Below are positions 23,748-35,706 of a stretch of DNA of 64,000 bases, in pieces. The stretch covers positions 1,426,001-1,490,000 of the forward strand of contig OZ037847.1 of assembly GCA_964035575.1 (NCBI GenBank), read 5' to 3'. Position numbers and translations under genes: made by a program. The notes under the pieces are model-generated. The model saw nothing but the letters and a program-made list of their open reading frames with translations, searched no databases and was not told where the DNA came from. How positions within the stretch are numbered: the first letter of the stretch is position 1; each line of letters opens with the position of its first letter. The stretch is from Rhynchopus sp. YZ270_cl-10 (taxonomy: Eukaryota).

Positions 23748-25615
23748 AAAGTGTTATCAATCACTTTTTTCCCCCTCATTTCCCCCCCCATTTTTCTGTA
23801 TTAAAATTTTTTTTTGTTCTTTTTCCCTGAGTGCGTGGGTTTCTGGGGGAATTTTTTTTTTGGGAAAAGTGAAAAATGACTCACGATTTCAAAAAAAAAA
23901 AAGAATCAGTTCAATCAGATCGAACACAAAAGAATAGATGAACAGAGAGCTCAGAGGACTATCAAAATCAGTCAAATATTCCGGGGGGCAAAACGAAAAA
24001 ACTGCGTTGTCCCCAAAAACCATTAACACAAACGTACATCATATAATCAAAGCGTAGAATATCATTAACTACAATTACCCTTGAGAGCGAGCAACCTCAT
24101 CTTTGTTTTTTTTTTTTTTTTTAGTTTTTAGTTTTTTGTTTTTGAAAAAATCTCCCTTTTTCATCATTACTGCCTCCCTGGGGAGCAAAAATCATCGATC
24201 TGGGGGTGGGTACATCAGAGTTGGGGGTGGGGATTTCCTCTTTTTCCTTTCAGATTTTATGTTATGTGCACAATTTATCTTTCAAGATGCTTTTTTTTTG
24301 AGAAAATATTGGAAACTTCTCAATTCCAAATAATTTCTTGAAAAAAAAAATACGTGCTGCGTGAAGAGAAAGCTGTTTTGGAAATACACAGCAGAGAGAT
24401 GTCAGTCAGATTTCCCCCTGAATGTGTGTATTTTTTGTTTTTCATTTTTTTTGGGGGGTTTCAAAAACCGTCCTTCAATCATAAAACAGAAGAAAGATCA
24501 GCAGGAGTGGTTTTTTTTTTTGTGTGGTGAATCGCATCCTCGGGGGTGTGTACACAAAAAAATACCAAGTTTTCAACAATAAAATCTAACGAAACTAACT
24601 ATTATCCCTCCCCTTTACGTTACGTTAGGTGCACATACAGAGGGAGAAAAAATCATGACTGTTTTCCACTGCCACCGCCCATTTTTTTTTTCTCTCCCCC
24701 CCCGTGGCGTCTGTTCACGTTGGCTTTTTAGAGGGTGTTCCAAACACTATTCTGTACATGCACCAGAGCAGCAGGAATAGGTTCATGTACAGTAACTCGA
24801 CACGCTTTCCCCACATCTTCTTTTTGCAAGGTGACTGAAGCACAGAGTTGTTTCCATCTTCCAACTTTTTTACTCTTTTTTTTTTGCCCTAGGTGACTAA
24901 GTCTTTTACCGTTAGGATCATATTTTACCTACTTTTTTTCTCTCTTTTTTTTCTTTGTTTTCCCCCCCAAAAGGTGTGGTCACTACATCATTTTGCTATT
25001 GCGGGTCACAGGAGGCATTGTTCGTTCGGGAACCCCCCCTTCTGGTTTTTAGTTTCCCCCATTTTTTTTTTTGTGTTTCCGTCTTCTCTCTTTTGGGTTT
25101 TGGTGACGTTATGGTCCCTCCCCTCAACAAAATATACCCAACTCTTGTGAATTGATATGGGAGTGACCGAGTTGCCATCGAGAGAGGAAGAGGTGCTGCA
25201 AAAAAACAATAACTGCACAATTTTTCAGCACATTTTTTAGTTTTCAAACTAAGGGGGAAAATCTACATTTTCCGAGAAAAAGGGAGGCAAGGTCCCATCC
25301 AAAAAATGCCTGTTCAGGTAAAAAGATGGCGTTGGGTAGTTTGAAAAAAAATAATAAAAAAAAGCAACAACAAAAAAACGAAAACACAAAAGCTCTGTTG
25401 AATTTCCTTCCCCCCCTATTACCCCCTTTTTTTTTTTTCAATAAAAATTCTTCTCCTCCCCCTTTCCTTCTTTCTGCGACATCCAAGGGGGGTTTTCTAC
25501 CGAAGCCCTACCTATTTTTCAAACTTCACTTTATTTATAAAAAAAAAGATGTAAATGGGCGTGCCCTCACGAAAACACCCATTTTTTTTCGTCTCAGATT
25601 TCTTGCGTCAAAATA

Positions 25616-25731
25616 CCACCTGGTTTTTACCCCGCGTATAGCGCGTAAAGGCTGGGGAAAATGGGTGGGGTTTGGCCTATACGGGCCTTTCCGCGCTATA
25701 CGTGCCTATACGCGGGGTAAAAATCAGGTGG
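25616..25731. mobile_element. 116-bp MITE with CCACCTG termini
   Basis: TIRs CCACCTGGTTTTTACCCCGCGTATAG / CTATACGCGGGGTAAAAATCAGGTGG; flanked by direct repeat AAATA (25611-25615, 25732-25736). Confidence 0.8.
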
Positions 25732-26919
25732 AAATAGCAGAAAAAAGCAAAAAAAAACAAAATAGAAGAAAAACTGCGGTTCAGAGATTAGAGTCTCTTC
25801 ATGTGTGGGGGTTTTGGTTTTGGTTTTTCATTTTCATTTGAAGCTTTTCTTTTCATTTTTTATTCTGTAGCCAAAATTTTCAAAATTTTGCATTTTTTTT
25901 TTCTCCCCCAATATTATATAAACACGGGGGATATGGGAGGATAGGTTTTTTCTCTTTCTGACTTTTTTTTTTTTGTGTTGATATATTTTTTTCCGATTTG
26001 AAGTGTTGAAGTGAAATAGCAACAAAATAACGGGGTATCGAAACAAAAAGACTTACGTGGAAAAAGTGGAGAATTGTACTACAAAAACGTGGCAACACAA
26101 TAAACAACCTCCACTGTTCCATCAAAAAACAAAAAAAAAAACCAACCTTTGCAAAACAACAAAAATTTAAAAAAAAACAACAAAATGATACCCCCCCTAC
26201 CCTATCCCCACCTCCTGATACCCTGAACTGAGGAAACAGTCACTCGCTATGTATTTTCCCCCTCCCTGTAGCTTGACCTAGCTAAAGGCTTCGGCCGATA
26301 TTGAGTACAAATCCTTATACCAGTAGGTGTAAAGTGATTTTCGATACAACAAAGAACAGACCAATTGAGACGTAGCCCTCCTAAAAAAGGGGGGTTTTCA
26401 CGTCTGATTTTTTTTCTAACTGATGAAAACCGGATTTTTTTGTCCAATATTTTTAGGTGAGGTGGGTCATCTTTCAATCATTTCTTTTTTTTTTTTCTTT
26501 TTTTACCCCGCCCCCTGCCCTTTGTGAAAAATAGAGCTGAGGGTGAGAGTCGATGGTGAAGAAAAATGAAAAAAGCGAAAAGAACTGTGTCTTACAGAAT
26601 GCAATATTGGGTTTCAAAACAGATGGACAATTTCAACAAAACAAAAGCAAAACAAAAAGTTCCAATCGAGTTTTAAATTCCAAATTGAAGGGGTGTTTTG
26701 TTGGAGGTGTGTCTCATATATAGTAGCAGAGAGGTGTTGTTTTATAAAGTAAAGAAATGATAGAAATGAGTTGGGGGGATTAGGAGGTTTAGTTTCGAAT
26801 GAAAAAAGAAAAAATGTACAGATCCTGCACTAGCAGGTGATTGTCGACACAACAAAATAAATGGGGTTGTATTGCAATAAAAGGTTGATTTCAGCAACAA
26901 ACTTCTGCCAAATTGCCAA

Positions 26920-27440
26920 AACAATCAAGAAAAATTGCAAAACAAAAAAAAACAACAAAAAAAAAGTATTCAAAAAAAAAAAAACCAAAAAAAAAAAAAA
27001 AAAAAAAAAAAAGAAAAAAAAAACACAAAACAAAAAATGTGGGTAATGATACTATCACAGGTGGTGATTACACTGTCGCAGAATTTCGAAAAAAAAAGAA
27101 TGAAATTCAAAATTCAAAAAAAACAAAAAAAAAACTCCCTATTCCCCAATCCTTCAACCCATCCCATATTTTTTTTTTTTTTGCAGTCGTCGTCATTGTT
27201 TCTGTTTTATTTTATACCCTGCCCTGTTTTCCTTTCTCTCTCTTTTTTTTTCCTGTCACGAGAAAAAACCAAAAAATAAAAACGGCAGAGAACTGGCAAA
27301 GCAAAAGAAGCAGATAAAAAAAAAACCAAAAATTATATACGCACAGTGCAAAAACAAAAAAAAGCAACAAAAAAATACAAAAAAAAGGTAAAACATACTC
27401 TACAAAAGACAAACAAAAAAAAAATAAAAAAAGAACAGGG
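26920..27440. repeat. A-rich low-complexity region
   Basis: Long A runs punctuated by C. Confidence 0.8.
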
Positions 27441-27671
27441 GGTTACTTTGTATCATATTACAATAAGCCACACTGCACAAAAAAACTTATTCTTCTTTTT
27501 TATTCCTGGCACGCCATGAGGGGAGATCCACACTCCAAGTTCAGCCTGCCGTTTTGAGCAAAGATCTGCCCTGTTCCCTTCCCTCTGCTGATTTGCAACG
27601 TGCCTATTGCCACACATACCCTGTGCAACAACAAATGCAGGTTTTCACTTTTTGCATAAACACAAGACAAT

Positions 27672-29213
27672 ATGCGCCAGATGGCGACGTTAGCAGCAGT
27701 GGCCTGCGCACTGTGCTGCAGCGAGGTGGCAGGGCTGAGCATCCCTGGTGACTGCACGGTGCTGCCCGCATCTGGGTCGCAGACACACAAAGAGGGCTCG
27801 TCGCAGTACTCGAACGACGAAGACCTGTGCTGGAAGGTGCCTGCATGCGGGACAGGGTACGAGGTGACGGTATCGTTCTCGGCTTTCGATGTGGAGTCTG
27901 GGTACGACTTTGTGACGGTGTGGGCGGACAACGGGGCGGGTGTGTACAGCCAGGTGTCGCAGACGTCTGGGACGAGTGCCCCTGCAGATGCGAAGAACGG
28001 GGCACACGCAGTGGCGGTGCAGTTCAAGTCTGACTACAGTGTGACGCGCGCCGGGTTCACGTTTGCGTGGAGCTGTGTTGCGACAGAGACGCCGCCGCCC
28101 ACACCTGCACCCACAGCCGTGCCAACAGCCGTGCCGACACCTGCCCCCACAGCAGTGCCATGCCCACCACGTGTGCGCCACGCGTGGTCGCAGCTGTCGT
28201 GTGCAGACCGTGAACACTACATTGCGGCTGTGGCAGCACTGAAGACGCAGAAGCGGTCTGTGTACGACGCTATTGAGATGTCGCACGTGACGAACTCAGA
28301 GATTGCACACGGGACGTCTGCGTTCCTGCCGTGGCACAGGTGGTTTGTGCTCGGGTACGAGAACGCCCTGCGGTCGCTGCCTGGGTTCGAGTGTGTGACG
28401 GTGCCGTACTGGGACTGGGAGCAGGACATGAGCCTGCAGACGTGTGTGTGGAAGATGAACACGTTTGGGCCGACAAACCCGACTGGGACGACGGACAGCG
28501 CAACGTCCTGTGTGGACAAGGGTGTGGCTGCAGGGTGGACCACGTCGCAGCCGGGGAACCCATGCCTGAAGCGCCACAGCCCGATCTTTGGTGGGGGTCC
28601 GTACGGGGCGGCGAACGTGGGGAGGGAGGTTGTGGCCACAGACTACGCGTCCTTCAGCGCAGGGTACGAGTCAGGAGCACACCAGTCTGTGCACTCGTAC
28701 ATTGGGGAGACGATGACGACGAGCTGGAGCCCTGCAGACCCGCTGTTCTTCCTGCACCACGCAAACATCGACAGAACGTACGCCCTGTGGCAGGACTACC
28801 ACGGCTACAGCGCCGTTGCTGCAGGGAGCCTGACGGCAACACACTACGAGGCGAGGTACGAGGGCGGGGATGTGGCGGATGTGGCGCTCGACGCCACCCT
28901 GCCCTTTGCGCACGATGCCACGGGCACGACGAGCGAGTACCTCGCTGGAAGCATCAGCGCCCGCAGCCTGCACAACATCCAGGACATGCCTGGGGGCAAC
29001 AGCTACACCTACGGGGTCGACGGGTTGGCACGCTTTATTGTGGCCGAGTACGCGACGGCACCTGTGGGGGGCTGGACGTGGCTGGAGGAGGCGTCTGCCG
29101 CGCTCACCCCTGTCACGTGCTGTGGTGACGGCAGCGTTGACGACGGTGAGCAGTGTGACGACGGGAACACTGTTGATGGGGACGGCTGCTCCGCCACGTG
29201 CATGAGCACATGA
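27672..29213 (+). CDS. Secreted tyrosinase (type-3 copper) with N-terminal CUB domain and C-terminal Myxococcus-type cysteine-rich repeat
   Basis: Signal peptide; CUB motif (YSNDEDLCW...FDVESGYDFVTV...FKSDYSVTRAGF); PT linker; CuA H...AHGTSAFLPWHR; CuB HQSVH...DPLFFLHHANID; CGDGSVDDGEQCDDGNTVDGDGCSATC. Confidence 0.92.
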   Translation: MRQMATLAAVACALCCSEVAGLSIPGDCTVLPASGSQTHKEGSSQYSNDEDLCWKVPACGTGYEVTVSFSAFDVESGYDFVTVWADNGAGVYSQVSQTSGTSAPADAKNGAHAVAVQFKSDYSVTRAGFTFAWSCVATETPPPTPAPTAVPTAVPTPAPTAVPCPPRVRHAWSQLSCADREHYIAAVAALKTQKRSVYDAIEMSHVTNSEIAHGTSAFLPWHRWFVLGYENALRSLPGFECVTVPYWDWEQDMSLQTCVWKMNTFGPTNPTGTTDSATSCVDKGVAAGWTTSQPGNPCLKRHSPIFGGGPYGAANVGREVVATDYASFSAGYESGAHQSVHSYIGETMTTSWSPADPLFFLHHANIDRTYALWQDYHGYSAVAAGSLTATHYEARYEGGDVADVALDATLPFAHDATGTTSEYLAGSISARSLHNIQDMPGGNSYTYGVDGLARFIVAEYATAPVGGWTWLEEASAALTPVTCCGDGSVDDGEQCDDGNTVDGDGCSATCMST

Positions 29214-30463
29214 AGACAGACACCAACACCACCCAGACACGTGCCCAAAACGCTTTTTCTTTAGGTGTGCTTTGTGCGCCTTCTCTTGTTTCACTATGAT
29301 AGTATCATTAGTTTTGCCAGGTTTTCTTTATTCCTGTTTTTTTTCCTTACCCCTGACTGCAACAGACAAACCCACCAGCGAACCCATGCTGGTGTGCGTG
29401 GTTGCGTCCCCCTCCCTCCCTTCCACCCCACCTGTACTCTTGTGCGGGAAGGCTTCGCAATGCAATCACGCTTGCACACCCTTCCTAGGGAGAACAGACG
29501 CAGGTGTCCATTGAGGCACAGAGCGTCCTCTCACCAACATTGCTACTCCCCTCTTATCCCCCTTCTGTTTTTATTTTCATATTTTTTGTCTGCATGAAAC
29601 ATTTCATGTCGCCACTGTGCATACGAATTCACTCCTTCGACTGCCCCTACCCCCACTCCTTATCCCTTACTCCGCAGACTGATGCAGGTGTCCATTGAGG
29701 CACAGAGCGTCTTCTCATCACAGGGAAACGGAACGTGATTGGACAGGGGAGCAGAAGGGGGTGTTGATGCATGTTGTTGTGTCTTGTAAGATGTGTGGAC
29801 ACGCGGGACACATGCATATTTCAATATTTTTCTTTCGTTGAGGTGACTAACATAGGCTTAGGAGCATTTTACAGGCCTTTTTGTTTCCTTCTTTCGCAAT
29901 TATGTTTGAGTGTGTGCACCATTAGGTACACACTTTCTCGGCAACGCTTTTTTTAACGTTGATCAAGGAGAGTCTAAGGCCCTAGGCCTAGACGCATCCT
30001 TGCACAACTTTTCTTGTCAAGATGTGTGCGCAAGAGGCACATTCTTACAACTTTTCTGTTATAGTATCCACGCATTTTTATCTCCCCCTGATTCCCCCTT
30101 CCCTGCTGCTCGATGACAAAAGGAATACATTCACCCGTACGTTGTTTCTCTTTGCCAGCATTTTCCTATTAAAGATCTTTTCAAACCTTTCTTTTATAGC
30201 CAATCTTTTCTCCGGCTTTTCTAAAAAAAAGATTTTCCCCATCCCCTCTACAAATTTCCGCTACATCTGTGCACTACACCCAACTGATAATTTCTAACTC
30301 ACTTCACCCACCTCAAATACCCCCCACAAAAAACCTAGGTGTCAAACACGAACCACCCCATGTAACACACACCACACCGCCGAACTTTCCGTTTACATAA
30401 AGAACCCCCCACCCACTTTGAGGTTCCGTGCATCCTTCTCCTTCTTTCCTTCCCAAAGACACT

Positions 30464-31266
30464 ATGGGTGACGAACCATACAGCCCAATCTCTTTTGACC
30501 TTGAGGGCTTCGCTGCACTTTGCGAGGAGGTGTGCGCTGCGTCGGTGGAGATAGATGCCGATATGAGAAGGGTCTTAGAGGTGAAAGGCAAGGAGGAAGG
30601 TTGTGCTGAGTCTGCGGACGAAGGAGTTGTAGAGAACGATGGCATACCCTGTCCACTGTGCGCAGAAAAGCTGTCTGCACTCTCGGTCAAAGAAACGGAG
30701 CTCCTATCTGCGCAGCAGGAAAGCGCATTCCTCAAGCGACAGCTCACCAGGCTAGAGGAGTCGCTTGCGTCGCTGCAGTCAAAATCGCGTCAAGCCACAG
30801 AGCGGAGTACCTCTCTGGAAGCAGAGCTGTGTAAATTGAAGCAGGAAAAACCACGAAGGGAGCTTCAAGAACTCTCGGTATGCATTTTTTATGGAATAAA
30901 GCCGGTAGTAGCATGGAATGAAGAAAATATCAACACTTTCAAATTGTGCATGTGTTGACCCTCTCAAATACTTTCAATTCTGTGAACTGAAAGTATATGA
31001 ATCTAACTTTTAGAGCAGTCTGTGCATAGTTGTCCCCTGCGATATTACAAAACCCCCACCTTTGGGTGAAAGGGAAGGTGTTGCGGTTTTTTTTCCCCCT
31101 TCGAATTTCAGTTCGAAATATCTTCAACCCGCCCACCATCCCACAGACAAACCTCTCCCTCCGTGGCAAGCGCGTCTGGCAAGATAGCATAGGGCCCAGC
31201 GAACCCAACGGAGTGAACCCCCCCCCCCTTTCTCTCCAACCTGCGAAGCGGGTCAAAAACGGCTGA
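30464..31266 (+). CDS. Small coiled-coil hypothetical protein; exons 30464-30877, 31147-31266
   Basis: CPLC plus heptad segment; GTATGC(30878)...CAG(31146) joins in frame. Confidence 0.65.
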
Positions 31267-31616
31267 CATTTTTTTTTTTTGTCACCAATATTTTATTTGC
31301 ATGCCAATGAAGTGCTCTCTCTGGGGTTCGATAACCCAGCGGAGAACCAGTGTGCCTGCGTCCGCCGATGAACGGTGAGGCGTTTTGCACTTTCAAACTT
31401 CTCTTTTCTTTTTTTTAAATCTTTCCCTTCATCTCTCTCTCTCTCTCTCTCTATCCCCAATAGACACCACTATGTTAGAAATTCATTACGCAAAAAACAA
31501 TGTCCCCTCTTCTTCCTCTTCTTCCTCTTCTTCCTCCTCCCCCATTTTCAGTACCACCCCTGCATCTATCACCCCCCCTCATCCAGACGGGGGCGCGTCA
31601 AAAAAAAAACACACAC

Positions 31617-33605
31617 ATGGCAAATCGAAACCGCCAAAGCGAAGCGTCGTATTTGCTCCTCGCGCATGAATGGGGTACCGTTTTGGAAGAGCTTCTTGAA
31701 GCGGAGAAGGATTCGCCACAGACGGGAGGGACGTACCGTCCACAGCTTTGCTTTACGGGGGCGAAGTTTGAGGAATGGTATAATGGAGTATACGGTGTGG
31801 GGGATGAGGAGGTGGGGTTGAAGCTTCCGACCGCTGGGGAGACTGGTACGAAGCTGCTCCGATCTGGTTTGTTTAGCAAGCCTGGGGAGTCATCCTCTTC
31901 GCAGGCTGTCTTTGAAACAACAGAGACGGAATATGCTATGGACATCACAGCGCCTCCCATGCCTGCAGCAGCGTCCAAGATGCACAACAATTTGCCAAAG
32001 GATCTGCCCCCACCGCATCCAGTTGCAACGCAGAGTAAAGAGTCTTTCTTTGAGAACATCTGTTGCATCTTCAAAAAACCGCCTCCAGACGCTTCAGAAC
32101 GCGAAATGGAAGAACACAACTTCATCAAAGAAGGGTTAATGTACTTCTACCCTGCCGCAGAAACCGAACGCCACGTGGACCATCAGGTGCATTTGGTGTC
32201 GGGTGTCTTCACTCTTGTTGATATTGTCTCGCATATTACGACAAAGTACAGCCACCCTTCCGATGTAACCGGGTCTCCTGTGGTCAAGCTTGGGAAAAGC
32301 ATTCTTGTTCTCGCCCCTCTCACCGACCCTGCGCGTGTTGTGCGCACGGTGTACCTCATATTGGGTGCCCCAGAAAATACTGCGGAGGCTCACATCCGAT
32401 TTGTTGCTGATCAATTTAACAAAGCGTTGGTTTTTATATTAGGACCATTGGAGGATTTGCATGAGAGAGTGTCAGAGGCACGTCTGGATAAGGCGATTGC
32501 GGATGTGGCAGCGGATGTGAAAAATGTTCTGTGTGCAGGGGGGTGGGGCATTCCCTCGATACCGTACACCCCAGCCAGCACCTCTGCGTTGACGTACCGC
32601 CTAGGGGGGAAGTGTACGAATTCTACGTTAGGGAGTTATGTGCGGGCATCGTCGCTGTTGGAAAGGATTTTGAGCAAAAATGAAAATGTGTTGGGGGTAG
32701 CGTTGTTCCATGAAGGGGTGAAAGGGGACGGTGCGTCTGCCTGCCCTGCGCAGGTTCTTGCGTATGAAATGGCGGAGGATGTGCTGAAGCTTGTCCGGGT
32801 TTGTGCAGCGGAGTGCCTTTATGGGTCTCCATTTCAGGCGCATGGGGTTGCAGCTACGTCTGCTTCATCGTCTTCTTCGTCTTCTTTTTCTTCGTTTACT
32901 TTGTTCTCTCAACAGAGTGCGTTTACGGCTACCTCCTACGTTGGCCTTTGGATGCGTCTGAACAACATCCGTCATGCTTACAAACACAAACTCTCTGCAA
33001 ACGAAGAGGTCTGTTGTGTCCCAGTCTACCTTTCCGGGGAGGAGGACGAATCATCCCCATTCGTCTCAAACCATCTCTTCCCTCGGTATATGAGAAAGCA
33101 AGGCTGGTATGGCCTGTATATGCAGCGGTACGGAACGGTGTGTTGTGCGATGTTGGTAGCGTTGGGGGATTTATGGGATTTGGGGACCGCAATTTCTTCG
33201 GAATTATCTGCAGATATGCAGGCATTGGATGCGACTGTTCGGCCAACGAAGGAGGTGGATGAGACGGATGGTCGTTCCTTTGCGATTTGGAGTGCTGCTG
33301 ACGAATCGGTGTCTGCATCAGACGCGCAAGATCCACAGCTCCTTGCGGAGTGTGCGCGTATAAAATACCTCAACGAAACGCTCCGGGGGAATGCTTCCGA
33401 AGACACCCCAAAGTTCAACCGTCTTCTCCTCTACCAAGCGGACAAACAGCAATACGTCAGCTCCCGTCTCTTTGCAGGCTCGCAGTCCTTCTTCTTCATT
33501 AACGCTGGCTCAAAGACAAACAGTACCCCCTTCTCGATTCCGAAGATAGGAAACGTCGAGGACATTGCCAAGCTTCATCTGGGTCCATTCCCCTGTCTGA
33601 TTTAA
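31617..33605 (+). CDS. Putative longin-domain protein (CCZ1/HPS4/INTU-like) with possible N-terminal DEP-like segment
   Basis: Long ORF; EEHNFIKEGLMYFYP...QVHLVSGVFTL resembles the first longin domain; CFTGAKFEEW...GTKLLRSGLF is DEP-like. The CDS is secure, the family call is tentative. Confidence 0.55.
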   Translation: MANRNRQSEASYLLLAHEWGTVLEELLEAEKDSPQTGGTYRPQLCFTGAKFEEWYNGVYGVGDEEVGLKLPTAGETGTKLLRSGLFSKPGESSSSQAVFETTETEYAMDITAPPMPAAASKMHNNLPKDLPPPHPVATQSKESFFENICCIFKKPPPDASEREMEEHNFIKEGLMYFYPAAETERHVDHQVHLVSGVFTLVDIVSHITTKYSHPSDVTGSPVVKLGKSILVLAPLTDPARVVRTVYLILGAPENTAEAHIRFVADQFNKALVFILGPLEDLHERVSEARLDKAIADVAADVKNVLCAGGWGIPSIPYTPASTSALTYRLGGKCTNSTLGSYVRASSLLERILSKNENVLGVALFHEGVKGDGASACPAQVLAYEMAEDVLKLVRVCAAECLYGSPFQAHGVAATSASSSSSSSFSSFTLFSQQSAFTATSYVGLWMRLNNIRHAYKHKLSANEEVCCVPVYLSGEEDESSPFVSNHLFPRYMRKQGWYGLYMQRYGTVCCAMLVALGDLWDLGTAISSELSADMQALDATVRPTKEVDETDGRSFAIWSAADESVSASDAQDPQLLAECARIKYLNETLRGNASEDTPKFNRLLLYQADKQQYVSSRLFAGSQSFFFINAGSKTNSTPFSIPKIGNVEDIAKLHLGPFPCLI

Positions 33606-34407
33606 ATCCATATCAGAATAAGGGGAAGGGGGGGGTTTTTTTTTTCAAAAAAAAAGGCCTCTCTGTCTCCTTCAGGTGATGTAGTATATAAATCACGGTA
33701 GTGATTTTGTCTATACAGAAATGGTGAAGAGTGGGAAAAAAGTGGGGGCTAAAAAGGATAAAAGAGAGCCCTATAGTGAGTTCAGAGTGGGGGGGGAAAG
33801 AGTGTCTCTGTTTAGAGTGAAATTTTCTTTGCCATATAGTGGTCATGGCTGTCCATGGGAAACCTGTGGGTGAACTACGGGGAGAACCCTGGGGAACTGG
33901 ATTACTGACAGCATGCCACGTACCTTGCATGAGATGGGTTGACGGTGTGGTGTCTGAAAGTCATCCTGCCATGCCTCCCCTGCTGATTTTTTTTTGGGGT
34001 CGGAAAAATGCGTTTGTGCACCGATCTCGATGTGTTTTGTCTGAACTCTGAAAAAAAAAAAATACAGAAAATTCTGAAACGTGTGTTTTGTATTTTGTGC
34101 TTTGCGTGTGTGTGTGTGTGTGTGTGGGTTGGGGAGAACAAAAATGTAGTGGAGCTCATTCTCGGGTATCTACGCCAATACAACCAAGCTTTCAAAAAAT
34201 AAAAGGACAGAAACCGCTGATTCATTTTTTTTCTCCCTCCTCCTCCTCCTCCTCCTCCTCCCTCTCTTTTCACCACCCCTTCACAAACCACCCACAGACG
34301 CCCTTCAAATAAATAAATAGCGGCTTACAAAGGTTTTTTCAAATATAATGTATCGTCGATAATCGAATAAAAACCCAATTTTTTGCAAAACAACGATAAA
34401 AAAAAAA

Positions 34408-35505
34408 ATGGAAATTGATACTTCCCCACGCGTTTCTTGCGTTTTTTTTGATGATTTCACTTCGAGGTTTGATGTAGGCGCTGATGTAGTGGGGACGTTT
34501 TTTGCAAGAATCAGACTTGCAACCTTCTTCCACGCACAATACGGTGTGCCACTTGTCTCTGCACTACGATACATTACTGCGCTCCGCACCTTCCTTCCTA
34601 AACGCGCGGGCATTGAATGCAAGGACGGCACCATCCCCATCTCACCCACACGACACGGCAGGGTCAGCCGTTCTGTCATCTCCGGCAAGGTCTGCACATC
34701 ACGAAACACTTCGCAGCACTACACCACACCGCTTCCCGTTCTTCAACAATTCAATCGGGCAAGAAAGAAGAGTGTTCTGCGGAATCTTATGGAAATGGAC
34801 CCTGGGGGTGCCGCAACGGAGAAGGTCGAGTATATGGCAAGCATCATGCAACCTTTTGTCGATGCGAATAGCACCCAGCCTCAAGGCTTCGCTGTGGCGA
34901 AGAAACGCTCTTCAGCTCATCATTTCGGTGTACCGCCACGTCCATTACCGTATATCCGGCCGCTTGATTTAGGTACGGTGCCTCTTGCTACTGTAGCAAA
35001 AGCTGCAAAACGGCTTGTAAAATTTCCCCGAAAAGCAGCTCATCCAGCAGGAATTGATGTCATTTCTTACACAGATGTGTCTTCACGCACTGCGCAAACA
35101 TTGAAGGTTCTAACAAAGGAGAGGCCAAAGAAGGCGAAGAAAATGCCGAAATATTATGAGGCAAAGACCTGGAATGTTGCTGCATGCAGGAAGAAGGGGG
35201 TGCGGAAGAGGTGGGACGGGAGTTTGTCGGCTGCGTGGGAGGAGGGGGGTGGGGATGTGGGGGGTGTGCCGTTTCTGAGGCAGGGGGTGCGGGTGCCGTT
35301 GGAGGAGGGGGAGGCGTGTCTGCGACACAACATAACCGGTGCTGCGCTGTCAGACGCGGAAAGCATCTTCCGCAGCTTCCTCAGCGAGATTGAACCCCTT
35401 CCCCGCCAAATCCTTGCAGACGCAGAATTGATTTGCCGGCAAATCGCTGCACGAAGAGGGCCCAAACCGATACCTCGCAACGACAGTTTCGACTCAGTAT
35501 TTTAG
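34408..35505 (+). CDS. Hypothetical basic protein
   Basis: 365-aa ORF with coding-like composition; no motif recognised; start uncertain. Confidence 0.6.
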   Translation: MEIDTSPRVSCVFFDDFTSRFDVGADVVGTFFARIRLATFFHAQYGVPLVSALRYITALRTFLPKRAGIECKDGTIPISPTRHGRVSRSVISGKVCTSRNTSQHYTTPLPVLQQFNRARKKSVLRNLMEMDPGGAATEKVEYMASIMQPFVDANSTQPQGFAVAKKRSSAHHFGVPPRPLPYIRPLDLGTVPLATVAKAAKRLVKFPRKAAHPAGIDVISYTDVSSRTAQTLKVLTKERPKKAKKMPKYYEAKTWNVAACRKKGVRKRWDGSLSAAWEEGGGDVGGVPFLRQGVRVPLEEGEACLRHNITGAALSDAESIFRSFLSEIEPLPRQILADAELICRQIAARRGPKPIPRNDSFDSVF

Positions 35506-35706
35506 GTGCAAAAAATGAGGTAAATGAGTAACGAAAAAAAAAGAATTCTTACGAATTTTTTTTACAGTCTGGAAGATGTGGCCGTGAGGTCCATCTTCAA
35601 AGTTCTCTTTAGTTTTTCAACTTTATTTTCATAATCGAAACCCCCCTCCCCTTTCCCTCTTCACACTTAACGATTCGACAATCTCACCTTTCTCCTTTCA
35701 AATTTT

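Noticed and set aside
26214..26255. CTGA...GAAAC resembling a hammerhead ribozyme core
   Set aside because: No CUGANGA-stem II-GAAA arrangement with flanking stems I and III.
23800..27500. Many K/F-rich short ORFs in AT-rich spacers (also 41000-44300 and 56100-57900)
   Set aside because: Products of poly-A and poly-T runs, mostly with non-ATG starts.
31324..31340. GGTTCGA as the T-arm of a tRNA gene
   Set aside because: No cloverleaf, D-arm or acceptor stem could be built; it is part of a dispersed repeat.
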